The notes beneath the pieces are model-generated. The model was not told the DNA's origin and did no database searches. It saw nothing but the letters and a program-made list of their open reading frames with translations. A stretch of DNA of 62,545 bases, counting the filler. It is 12 parts of 12 records of this genome, joined end to end, with 100 filler letters (N's around TTAATTAATTAA, not from the genome) between each part and the next. Parts side by side here need not be neighbours in the genome. Positions count along the whole stretch, not along the records: positions 40,839 to 44,003 come from SRR7504441_18701; positions 44,104 to 47,473 come from SRR7504441_18711; positions 47,574 to 50,615 come from SRR7504441_18715; positions 50,716 to 56,793 come from SRR7504441_18720; 8 more parts are not named here. One strand, written 5' to 3'. Position numbers and translations under genes: made by a program. Below are positions 41,894-53,800 of this stretch, piece after piece. Within the stretch, counting starts at the first letter, position 1. The number at the start of each line of letters is the position of its first letter.

Positions 41894-42017
41894 CCCAGAC
41901 GACACGGTCGGGGTAGGCCACTGGCACCCCCACCCGCAGGAGCTAGGAGAGGCCCGCATTGTGGTGGTGCAGCAGCGGACACAGCGCCGGGTGTGCACTC
42001 GGCTGGTGTGCTGGCCG

Positions 42018-43547
42018 ATGGCCGGGATGCGCGTGGTACTGGCGGCGGTGTGGGCGGGGCTCTCGTGGGGGCTGGGGGAGTGCCCACTGCTCGAGCCCGA
42101 GGCCGCCGCGGTGCTGGACCACCCGGCTCTCGCGCTGGCGGCCGAACATATCCAGGTGCTGCCCACCCCGCGCGGCCGGCCAGCCCGGGCACAGGCCTAC
42201 CGGGAGGCGGCGGGGGCGTTGGACCCGGAGCTGGCCGATGAGGTGCGTCCTGGCCGAGCCTAGTAGGCTCACTGCATGCCAGGTGAGGTTCGTGATCGCA
42301 GTGTCGCTGCTCACCGCCGACGCGCAGCTCGGCTCCGCGGCCGCGCGGGCCCGGGTCCAGCTGGGGTGCGCGGTGCGCGCAGCTCGGCTCCGCGGTTCCT
42401 AAGAGTGGCGGCCAGGTGGTCGCTGAGCTCCAGGCCAGCACCGACGCCCGGCGGCTGCGGCAGCGCCAGTGTGCTCAGTACGAGGCGCTTCAGACGCGGC
42501 GGCCGGCCGGGGCGGAGCCGGTGCCTGCACAGCCGGTGCCCTGGAGGGCGGAGCTGGGGCAACGGGCGTTGCTCGAGGAGTTCACCCGGCCGGGCGTGCC
42601 CGTGCTGACTGACGGGCGTCGAGCAATCGGGAAGGCCGGCTTAGCCGGCCTGGTGCGCGATTGCGGGGAGCAGACGGCACCACCCGGGCGGCCAGGGCTG
42701 AGCGGGCTGGGCAGGTGAGTCTGCGAGGGCCGGCGGGCCGGGTTGAGATGCGGCTCGCGGAATTTGTGGCCAGGATTGCCCGAAACAGCTCGGAGCTGCT
42801 CTACCTGTTTGACTGGGGCTTGCCTTCCAACTGCCCAGGGATGCTCGAACAGCTGCGGCTGCCGGCCGCTATAACGGCAAACTGGCTCGCCCGGTAATAC
42901 GCCTGGAGTGTCGGCTGAGGCTGGGATAGGCTACCTCGAGAGCTGGAGCTGGGTCAGGCGTGGCCTTCGTTGCTGCTAGGCGGGACAGGTACTGGGATGC
43001 CGGTGAGAGCCGGTCCGGCCGGGCCGAGTGCTGGGCAGCTGCACCGGGATGCGTGGCAGACCCACTACTGGGTGCTGCAGCTGCAAGGCCGGAAGAGGGT
43101 GCAGGTGTGGCCTCGGGTAGTCCCGCTCAGCTATGTACGAATGACTGAGCCGGCAGTGGGAGCTCGGGGGGCTTGAGTACAACCCATTCACCGACAAGAT
43201 GCATGTATGCGCGCGCCTGTGGTGTTGGGGTTACGGTCGGTCCTTAGGCGGACGAGTTACAGAGGTCGCGGCTGCAGCGCTGGGAGGTCGAGCTTAAACC
43301 GGGAGATCTGCTGATGCTTCCGCACGGCTCGCCGCATATGGTGCGCAATCTAGATTCGCCCACGCTGGCGGTGGCGGGCAATTACGTGGACTCGGTCAAT
43401 TTCGAGGCTATGGTCGAAGAAGTGAAGCTGCGATCTTTCGAGTGCAACAATTGCCTCGCTGCCAGGCTAAAAGCACATCTTGGCTCGGAATTGGGTCAAC
43501 GATCCCGGCCGAGTGGGGCAGAATATGATCTTGAAACGGGTGATTAG
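42018..43547 (+). CDS. JmjC-domain 2-oxoglutarate oxygenase with signal peptide (JMJD6/JMJD8-like)
   Basis: After removing several micro-introns: YLFDW.LP, WPSLLLGGTGTGMP|LHRD, QGRKR, LKPGDLLMLPHGSPHMVRNL. The HxD...H iron ligands are present. Confidence 0.8.
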
Positions 43548-43657
43548 ATCAATCAAAACTGAGGTCGTCGGGTCGCAAGTACTCGTACGTACCGTACAGC
43601 CGATCAATTTAATTAATGATTTATTTATTGTCATCAAGCGTGACGTTGCATTTCGAC

Positions 43658-44003
43658 TCATGCAATTATCTTTGGATTCGACTCGCGCCGGATCGCTTTA
43701 CGGCGGAACCGCCTAAACTGCCTGTCCTTAGTTTCCATTAAACTCCACCTGCCGCCTCAGTCAGCCGACCAACAACCAGCCAGCAGCGCACATCGCGTGC
43801 ATTCTCGGTGTACCGTCGCGATACTTGCCCCCACACTCGCACCGAACCCGGATGCGCCCATCCTGCCCCGTCGACGCGCTCTCCTTGAGTGCCCCGCAGT
43901 AGTTGCACCTGTAAATCTCGACGTAGGCAATCTCCTCTTGGCACCCAGTCAGACCCGGGTAGCTCCGAGGTCGCTTCACGCCCGACAGGCTCCTCTGCAG
44001 TGT
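43658..44003 (-). CDS. 3' part of a protein with a CxxC...CxCGG...H putative zinc-binding domain
   Basis: YRCNYCGALKESASTGQDGRIRVRCECGGKYRDGTPRMHAM|W; one intron, stop at 43658. Confidence 0.55.
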
Positions 44004-44103
44004 NNNNNNNNNNNNNNNNNNNNNNNNNNNNNNNNNNNNNNNNNNNNTTAATTAATTAANNNNNNNNNNNNNNNNNNNNNNNNNNNNNNNNNNNNNNNNN
44101 NNN

Positions 44104-47100
44104 GCTCAGCTTCAGCTTGTTGCCGATCCCTCCGCCGCTCCAGCCTCCTTCGTTTTTCCTCTGCCATCGCAGCCTGATCCGCTTCTCTAGCTTCGTCGCT
44201 GGAAAGCTCTGGTGAATCTTCAGACTCCTCAGATGAACTGCTCACCACGCAAGCTCGCCGAGCTCGCCGAGCTCGCTGCGGCCTGTCACACCACACCCTC
44301 ACGCTAGGTTCAACTGCAGCAGTGCCGCCTGACTCTTCGAACAGAAGCGTCCTCCTCGTCCTCAGCTTCCTCAAAATCCACTTCCAGATCGTCGTCCTCT
44401 TCCATGGCTGCCCGAAGGGTCCGTCCTGCTGCCGCCCGTCGTGGCCTGCGTGGTCGACCTTCGGCTGCATGACTGCCACCCATCCTTTCGCGCGCTCTCA
44501 TGCTCGACCTTCGCGTTGGTGTAGTCCGAATACCCTCAATCTGCCCAAATTTGCCCCCTGCGCTTCCTGACCGGCCACCTCCTCGGGAATTGCCTCTGCC
44601 ACATCCTCGTCATCCTCATCGTCGCTGCTCTGCTCCTGATACTCATCATCTCGTCCTCCCGCCCATCTACACCCACCTCACTGCCGCCAGATAACGTGTC
44701 TACCTTGCCGCATCAGGTTCCATCTCTTCCGGGCTCTCCTCGTCACTGCTGCTCCGATACTGTGCAGTGCGCATTACTGGCTGCATGCGCCCAGCTCCCC
44801 GGTCGCCTGAAGTCGGCGGTGCATCCGGCGAGAGGACCTGGCACTCCTCAGGCAAATTAGCATAACTAGGGTGCCTGCACACTCTGGAACAAATCATCCT
44901 CGTCGTCTGAAGGCTCCGGCCATCGCTGCTGCTGATCAACCATTGATACTTGATCCAGTGAGCTCCCGCTGGCGTCGAGTAGCCCTGCAAGTGTCGAGAA
45001 GACTGCTGGCTGTGGCTCGTAAGGCTGCTCGCTGACATTGGTCAATACTTGGGGCAACTGATGTGGAGGCAGCTGAGTACCCATATCCAGCACCTAGACT
45101 GAAGGCTCGACCGTGATGGTTTGGTGGATCGCACCGTCATTTGTTGGTCTAGTTGGATCGGATCGTTCTCGCCTATTTAAAGATTCACATTTCCAACACG
45201 ATTCAGGGGCAACCTTTGAAATATTGCTCGGTTGGAGAAAGAGCGTAACACTCCTTGGATCCAGGACCAAGCAGCGTCACATAGCCCATCGCGTCGCACA
45301 CCTACCAATGGCTCGACCAAAGTTGGCCGTCTGTGCTTCCAACCACTAGAAGGTCCCCGTCCCGCATGAAAGCAACCTCCGTCACCCTGTTATACATTTG
45401 AAGATCTGGCCGTTGGTTTGGGCTTGGCTTGAAAATCCTCAAGGCGCTCCCAGCTTGAATGTCCCACAGGACCACAGTGTTATCATGGCTGCCACTTGCC
45501 ACAACCCTTGCGTCTTTCGGATGCCCCACCAGACAATACACCTACAGGCCAGTCAGCTGGGATCTGTTGGGTTAGTAGTTGCCTCTTTCTTGTGGTGTTT
45601 GAGAGTCCATTGTTCCTTCCACTGCTCGCCTCTTGCCATTCGCCAGACCTGAGCTTGCGCATGACTGCTCAGGCATGGGACATTAGCTACCTTGATCGAA
45701 AAATCGCTAAGCGAAGCAGCCAGCGACAGCCCATCCGCCGCCCAGCACATCATATGTATCTGCAGCGCACCACCGCCTGTGCCGTCACTCACATAACGGC
45801 TATTCGACACCACTTACGCTGTGCTGGCTGATATCCGATAAGGCTCCTCGCATTCAGCACTGCAATGCAACGGCCATATGGCTCCTGGCAGAGCCACAAC
45901 CGAACGGTGCCATCCAACGCCGAGCTGGCCAACACTGTCTGCACCCGGCTGCTCCGTGCTGTCGGTGCAAATTGAACTGTATCCACCGGCTTGCGGTGGC
46001 CTTGTGGACCTTCCAGTGATGAGATCACAGGCAATATCCGATCTGCTGCCAGTGCCTCATGATCCATAGCGAAGACCTAGACCCCAGGCTCAGATGACTG
46101 ATAGGCCTGTCCCCAGACCTTTGCCGTGTTATCACTGCACCCTACAGCTGCCAGCTTGTTGCCGATGCAGACAGCAGAGCACAATTGCTTGATGCGCCGC
46201 GTGACCGGCCCGCCCTGCGTGACCGTAAGCCATTGGCCAAGTGCCAGCTGCTGCCTGCTCCTTTGGATGCTGGTGGGTTTGGGCGCAGCTGTGAGGGTCC
46301 CACAGCCGGGCCGTGCCGTCAAAGCTCGTCGAGAGCAGACTGGCTCCCGAAGGCAGCCAGCTGACAAATTCAATTGACGAGATCTGGTCTGCGTGTCCGA
46401 CCAAGACCCCGGCAGACTGGGCTGTGCTCAGCTGCCACAGCCTAATGGTGTTGTCAACAGCTGACGAGGCGAGCAGCTGATTGTCTCCAGAGACCGCCAG
46501 GTCGGTTATTTCACCCGTATGTCCTCGCAGTGAGTGCAGCAGTCGTCCAGACTGCACGCACCACAGCTTGACAAGCAGGTCGTCCGCACCTGCAGATGGC
46601 TGACAACTTCACACGGGCCTGCCTGCTTGCCTGTGATCATCACTCTACCAGTCTGGTCAAACAGCGCGCAGTAAATCGTATTGCGGTGCCCGGCGACCTA
46701 TCCATACGCTGACACCAGCAATATGGGAGGCTTGGGACCGTTTTGAGCCGCCGCCACCGCCTGTATACAACCCATGGAGAGACGTGCTGCAGACCCACTC
46801 TCCGGCCAGCCCACTGGCCACTGAGCAGTCTGCCCACCAGCCCGATCCCGCGGGCACTGCTCGACGGTCGGGGAGCCAGTAGCGACGGCGGATCTAAACG
46901 GCTCAGCGCGGGCGTGCCGGCAGCAGCTTGCGCCAGGAGGTGCGGTAGCCGGTCAGGCGTTGCCGCCGGATGAAGCAGGACCTGCGGCTGGGAATGAGCG
47001 ATGCACTGGTGACGCGCCTGGGGCACCAGCTGGTCGAAGCTGGGAGTATACGGCTGACCGGTCCAGTGTATGGCCTGTGGGAGCAGCCCCCGCCGCTGGA

Positions 47101-47384
47101 GCTCTGCCGCGAGGCCCGGGAGGCTCTCGCTTACGCCAGCCTGCTCCAGCGCCTGTAGCGCGAGCAGAAACATCTCTGGCGCGGGCGGTGAGCCGGGCGG
47201 CAAGGTGTCGGGGCACCGGGGGCTGGAATCGAGCGGGCTGGGGCAGGGTGGATCCCCGCCGGTCGCGGGTCCGGTGAGAGAGGCGAGGCCACCTCGTGGG
47301 CGAGTCGGCGGCCGGGGCCTGTGGAGGGTGGCCGGTCAGGGCGATGCCATTTGACGACGCACCTGCGAGCCTGAAGCGCACCAT
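44104..47384 (-). CDS. BRWD/PHIP-like WD40 protein (3'-truncated; bromodomains not in window)
   Basis: EMFLLALQAL...ELQRRGLLP..IHWTG; GHRNTIYCALFDQTGR.MITGADDLLVKLW; LRGHTGEITDLAV; GHP.D.RV..SGSHD. Many micro-introns, including GC-AG 46590-46630. Confidence 0.8.
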
Positions 47385-47573
47385 TGTGACGAGGCTTGAG
47401 CTGGTTTGAGTGGTTTTATTGCTGCGGGTCTTTAATTCTAAATGGCGAAATAAATAAACATCCAAGGCCACTCNNNNNNNNNNNNNNNNNNNNNNNNNNN
47501 NNNNNNNNNNNNNNNNNTTAATTAATTAANNNNNNNNNNNNNNNNNNNNNNNNNNNNNNNNNNNNNNNNNNNN

Positions 47574-47660
47574 TGGTGGGGATCGCTCACAACGGATAGA
47601 ATTGGGATAGAGTAGGTACCCACTACTTGTGCAGGCGGTTCAGGTTCAGTGATACGAGTA
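47574..47660. repeat. Dispersed repeat at a contig end, copy 2
   Basis: Reverse complement of 11879-11932, with weaker similarity extending further (gtatc.ctgaacc...tgcacaagt). Confidence 0.85.
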
Positions 47661-47927
47661 CGGTACATCGTTGTCAAGGCTTCGTTGACAAGACATTATA
47701 AAAACCGTGCAGCTACAACTCGCCTATAGCTCGCCTACAAATCAAATTACATATAGTGCAACTCATGATCAAAGGGTAGAATGCAAATATGCATACAAGC
47801 CATGTACATGTACGTACAATGACGTTGTCGTGTAATTATTGATTGAAACTAAATAACAAATGATTCTACTTTCCTGAGTTCTAGAATGTTTGATAACGTT
47901 TTTTACATGTAGACTAGCTATAGATCC

Positions 47928-50479
47928 TCACAACGAACGTCGAACATGTCCCTCTTCACCCTCATGTCTTGTGACAGGCGTATGTGTGATCAACGCTGTG
48001 GTCCCATCGGTCATCACTAGCTCGAGCCGAGGCGCAGTTGCCGGACTTTTCTTCGAAAGCGCAATAGACCACACTCCCTTCGCAGCACTCACATCGAGTC
48101 GGGCGCCAAGATAGTGCACCCCTCGCAGTTTGAGGCTAGTCGAGTGCGGTAACGGCCGAGGCGAACGAATTGTGAGTGCACCGTCTTGCTCCCACCGAAC
48201 ACCACCGTAACCCGCCCAGACGCTCTGGAGAAACCCACCGGCGCCGGTGACGAGATTTGGCGCCCCCTGGCTGGCGGATCCATCGGTGCCATTGCCCTCG
48301 TGCCAGGTGTAGAAAGGCGGCCGAGCAAACACCCTGAATCCTTTGTCGAAGTACTCAGCGGCTGAGTCCAGGTCGCCTACATCCAAGCTGACTATGGCTT
48401 GAATCCCCCAGGTCATGGCAACGCCCTGTGGATCCTGCAGCTGCGCATAGGTTTGCAGGTCGTGCCGGCGAGTAGACGCTGAGCTATTGACTCCAAGAGG
48501 GTAGTACATCAGCACAGTGTCGGCCTGTTTGATCAATGAGCCAGTCCGAGCCAACCATTCGGCTTGGTTGTATTCTGGATGGTAGTCAAGAGTTTTGTTG
48601 TACGGAATCACCAGATTGTTGGCAATCTCTCTGAACGTCTCGTTGCCATGAACACCAGCAGGCCCTGCCAATTCGTACGCGCTCATCAGCGCTGCTCTGG
48701 CCACGCTATTCCCGTAAGCGCTGTCACTTACGTTCCCGTGGTACTCGTCCGGGCCCTGGCTATGCAGAATGTGGTAGCGGCCGAGCTGGTCGCGAGTGAC
48801 TCGAGAGGCGTAGAATTTAGCAATCCCCTCAATGACTGGGAACCCTTGAGTGCGGAGCCAGCCCCGATCCTGCGAACCACGCCAGTACTGACGGAAAGCT
48901 GTGCTGATGTCGCCCATGATATGGTCCTCTGCGTTCCCGACACACTGCTCCACTCCAGCAAGCGCACTCTCCCACGGAAACCTCAGCCCGTCCAGTGTTG
49001 GCCTGGTCTTGTTCGCCGGCGTGGGCCAGTCTGGCAAAAACGAAGCTGCATAGTTGCGCGCGTTTGCGGCGGCTTGGTGCATCATCCGCACCCGGTACTG
49101 GAGCGCCGCTCGGGCTTGGTCAGGCCAAAACACGTTCCATGTGGGCCACTGCCAAGTCTCGACCTGCCAACCGACCGACTGTCAATCGAGACACAAACTA
49201 AGCGCTTACGTCCCAGAACGCGTGCCCTGAGTAACGTGTACTAACCAGTCCCTGTAAATCGAGCTGAGCAGTGCTGGGGCGGGCGGAACCCACCTCCGGG
49301 GCGGAGGAGTATGGCGAGTCAGCTCTGTAGGATGCGAGCAGAGCGTGCATTGAGGCATTCACCACGCTCGCCAGCTCCAGGTTGCCGCCCACTTCGATCC
49401 CGTGCGCGTGCAACTCGGCCATCTCGGTCACATGCTCGCCCCACAGCGCCTCAGCCGACTGATTGGCTTGAATCCACGCCGTGATTGCATCAGCCGTTGG
49501 GCTCATGTCGGTTTGATTGCCAGGGCTGTCGGTATTGGCGTAGCGTGCAGAGACCAGATGCAATCTATGTACCTGGCCATCGGCGGGGACCCAAAGGTGG
49601 AGGCCCTGAGCGGGCACGTGGGTGTGGCACTCCGCCAGCACTGGTACGGCCACCTGCGAACAGTCAGTTGACCATCACACTGCCAAGCACCTCTGGGGTC
49701 TCGCTCTTGTTCATGCTATTCACAGTGCAGTGAGCCCCCTGTGGAGGGTGGGCTAGAGCCTCGCGAGAGTACTCGCGGCCATCCGCGTGCGGGCACAGCG
49801 CGTCGTACAGATACCCATCCACCCTATCCTGCCTGTTGCACTGGCCTTGGCTGATGGATACATTCACACCATTGTCGCCAGAATTGCGACACTCCACGTG
49901 CGACACTAGCAGATGCGGCCGAGCTCGGTGCGCGTACGTGATCTGCTCGCAAGCCACCTGACCTACCCGAGCCGCCAGCCTGTAGGCCGCGTTCGCCAAG
50001 TCCATGGCGGACGCAGTGCCCGGCAACTCGCTTCCTCCGATCGACTGGATGAAAGCGGTGGCGGTCCACGAAGGGAGTGGAGCTAGGCTGGCCTCGAACA
50101 CCCGGCGGCCCGGCGGGTAGCCCGGCAGCGGCTGGCCCGCCTGGAACACGCCCTTCACATGCTCCACACCACTCACCGGATTCCCGGCACTTCCTGGCAG
50201 CCCGCGTGGCACCCACGCCCCGACGTAGCCGTTGCCGATCGTGCCCCCGGGCTCGTCCGGCGAGGCTGGCAGCAGCGACCCGGCTCGGATGGCCGCGCCC
50301 CAGGCCGGAGGCGTCCAGCCCGGTCCCGGGCAGGCGCACTCGGGTGGACAGAGCCACGAGCAGTCGGCCGGGCCGCAGACGCCGATACCGCAGTGGGCCG
50401 GGTCGGTGCGCCAGCGGCAGCACTTGGTCACCCCTGGGGACGCCCCGGCGGCAGCCAGCACCAGCGCCCACTTGATCAT
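47928..50479 (-). CDS. Secreted GH65 glycosidase (acid trehalase/PGGHG-like)
   Basis: Signal peptide, IGNGYVG, YSGHAFWD, FPWESA, HIMGDI, GPDEYH (catalytic Glu), IKQADTVLMYYPL, TGAGGFLQ....GYGG. Several introns. Confidence 0.9.
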
Positions 50480-50865
50480 CTCCCACACGACGTACGCATA
50501 CCCACACGAGAGCCTGGCACGAGAGTCCACCGGAGAGAGGTAGGATTCCGTTGCGTGCCCGGCAAAGAGCCCCGACATGATGGCCGAGATGGCAGCAGCG
50601 CTCGCAGGCTTGGGCNNNNNNNNNNNNNNNNNNNNNNNNNNNNNNNNNNNNNNNNNNNNTTAATTAATTAANNNNNNNNNNNNNNNNNNNNNNNNNNNNN
50701 NNNNNNNNNNNNNNNTTAATGCATTTAATTAACGGCTATCATGACGGCTATTTGAAAATACATTTTTTCCCTGGAGTAATTAATCAACATAACCGAGGTC
50801 GGAGTCAATGAATGGCGAAATTTTAAATGGATTAATACGTAAGCTATAGCTCTAGAGTTTACTTA

Positions 50866-53800
50866 CTACCAACTCAAGTCCATGGCAAGTTGGTGTCGTT
50901 GACGAACTAAGTCGTCTAAAAGCTTGAACTCTACACAAATCCGAAGCACCTTTGTTCGCTCTATAAACACTGGGCAATCAAATGACTCACATGTCAAAGC
51001 TGCGCAATCAGTGGGTGCGCCCGTGCACTGCATACAAACCGTCAAAAACTCATCCCTTTGTTGCTGGAAGTTCCTCTTACGCGATTGGAAGATCAAATGA
51101 GTCCTCATCGGTTGTTGCATGCATCCAGCGCAGAACACTGTCCCAGCACGGATGGCTGTGTTGCACACTAAACAGCTCGACTTGAGAAAGTACTGGTCCA
51201 CAGTTCTCTTATCCGCCGCAGCTGCATTGGGTCCCAAACAGCCCCAACCAGCCGCTGGCCGATCCATACCCTCCAGCCAAAGCATGGCGTCCACCCCAAC
51301 GAGCGTTAGAATCCGGTTCAATGCTGGTATGATCTGCTTTGTCAGGTAGTAGTGGCTATTCAGCCTAAGCTCTGGTCTAGATATGAACTCAGCAGGCGAA
51401 ACCACCAGATCCGACAGCCGTGCTCCCGGTGCCCCACAGACCACCACATAAGCCACCCGCTCTCCATGCTCCGGTTCAGCGCACGGGTCCACGACCATGG
51501 ACTTGGTCGCAACGATTGCAGCCGGCGGGAGCATGCCCTTGTTGCTGTACGTGCCCAGCCGCACCTCCTTCGCAAACACAAAGTCCGGCAGTGAGACTCG
51601 CCCCGAAAGAATCTTAGACCACTGTTTTGTGAGGTACTGTCGGACCTGAGAGATGTCTTTGGTATTGAAGAGCAAACGAATCATCTTCTCCATCATCTTG
51701 GAAACTGCAGGACAGCCGTCGCGCCGGACTGTCTCAATCCCCTTTGCATCAAAATCTGGATTGACTTGACTCGGGTTGTCAAACTTGAAGCCAACGTACC
51801 TCTTTTTGGTGATCAACACACACGGTAGATAGACCTTCTCTAGCTGCAGCTTAACAGGCGCAGGACAAACTTTGGAAACTGTCTCGGCTATCTGTTTGCC
51901 GATTTCGAATGCCTGTGCTAGTGTTCGCCCCTCTAGGTGCACAAACAGCGAATCTGTATCCCCGTAGACAACCTCTGCCCCCCACTCGGGGTTTGAGCTG
52001 ACTGTCATCATCGCATCCTCCAGAGTTTGTCGAGCAGTTGAGACAATCGCGTCCGCTATTTCTACACACGGCATCCGCCCAGAAAACGACGCTGAGGCGT
52101 AGCCATATGTTGTGTTGGCAAGTAGCTTCAACGAGAGTTGGCGAGCATCTAATGAGCGTAATCTCCGCTTTGATGCACCGCGTTTTGCCGCCTCCTTTGC
52201 AACCTTCTTAATCATGAACCGTGTGTCAATGATCTCCCGGAGCATTCGCGGCAGGATCCCTCGCCTAGCTTCTTCTTTCGCAAACAGCAGCCCGTTTGGG
52301 GTAACCAGAATCTGCTCTTGTTCTAACAGCGTTTTAATCATCGTGGGCTGGATGACAACATCTCCGAGGACTCCGAGGCGCTTGACGGCCTCTGTGGCAT
52401 CCTGCAATGTACCCAAGCAAGTCGAATAGCAGATGTTATACGCAATCACAATTGAAGGGTAGAGTGATCGGAAGTCAAGCACAATGACCGGTGAGGTATA
52501 CATGTTGGATTGCGGTTCCATGACTAAAGGCAGGACTTCTAGCGCATGCTGTGATGCAACCTGAGGCTTAGTAGCAGAGACAAGGAGGTAGCCTTTCAGC
52601 TTTGACAACCTGTACAGTATGGATTCGACTCGAAACTGGCTGCCTCTGGTCAGAACAGATTCAAAGTCGATTCCCATCACCCGGGCGTGTTCAGTGCACT
52701 TATTGATGACATCTAGGTGCTCCATCAGCTCAAGGTTGGCAGCAGCACGAGTAGCAAAGTAGTCAAGACACCGCTGTCGATCACGGCCTGCTGCTTGGAA
52801 CATGGCAGTCAAGGCCCGTGCAGAGTATCGAGGCACACGGCGGCGGAGCAGCTGGAGGCATGCTGTCTCAAATGAGTATTGGCGCATGTGCTGCATGTCA
52901 GCCCTGACCACTCGCCAGAGATTGATGGTGACACGGCCTATCACCACAATATCGCACGAGTTTGCCTGGTTGTATGCATGGGGCTGGGCTTCTTGGGCCG
53001 ACCTGTGGAATGGAACGCGCGAAAAGGTCCGTGCCAACTCGTTGCCTTCGAGGGCAAGTCCCAGATGCTTCGCCCGCTTGAGTACAAAGCCCCATGACGA
53101 GCGCTGGACATCGTACCCGGTGATGATGTCGGGATCAAACTTCCGGATGGTTCGCGTGATGGCATAAAACAAGTCTTCCTCTGAAGCTACGGTCTCTAGC
53201 CAGATCTTGGTCGAATTGTACTCATGCCCTTCTGGGGCAACCATAATTGCTCCATGGATGCACGCAGGTGGCTGCTCAGCATCTTCAGCATCGATGCTAA
53301 TCGAGTAGCAAACTATATGGATTGCGTCGTGTGCTGGATTGGGGAGCAGCGCTCCTCGGCTGACGGCAAATACCTCTAAACTTAGTATGGTCAAATTGTC
53401 ACTAAGCACCTTCGAGGTACCACTGTGCACCTCTGACCGGGAATCCGTCTGTGGATGTGAGCAGCCCTCTATCTGAGAAACTCCATGAAGGCGTGTGATA
53501 GTATCAGCCCGGCGAAGCGACGCTTTTCTACTTTTGGCTTCTGCTTTAGCCAATTTCTCTTGGCGCAGCCACTCAACAACTGAAGGCACAGTCGGAGCTG
53601 CAGTCGAGGCGCACCAAAACTGTGCACTCGGCGCCGTGGAAATGCCATTACGGTGGGTGGCAGGGGCAGCCTCGGGCAGTAGTGGCGGAGAGAATTGTTC
53701 CAAGTTGTTGACAGTAAGCGTGGTGCGACACACAGGCACCCCGCTCGCCTGGATGATCCCTGGCGGAGGAACGTCTCTCGCATTGCTGTAATGTATTGGC

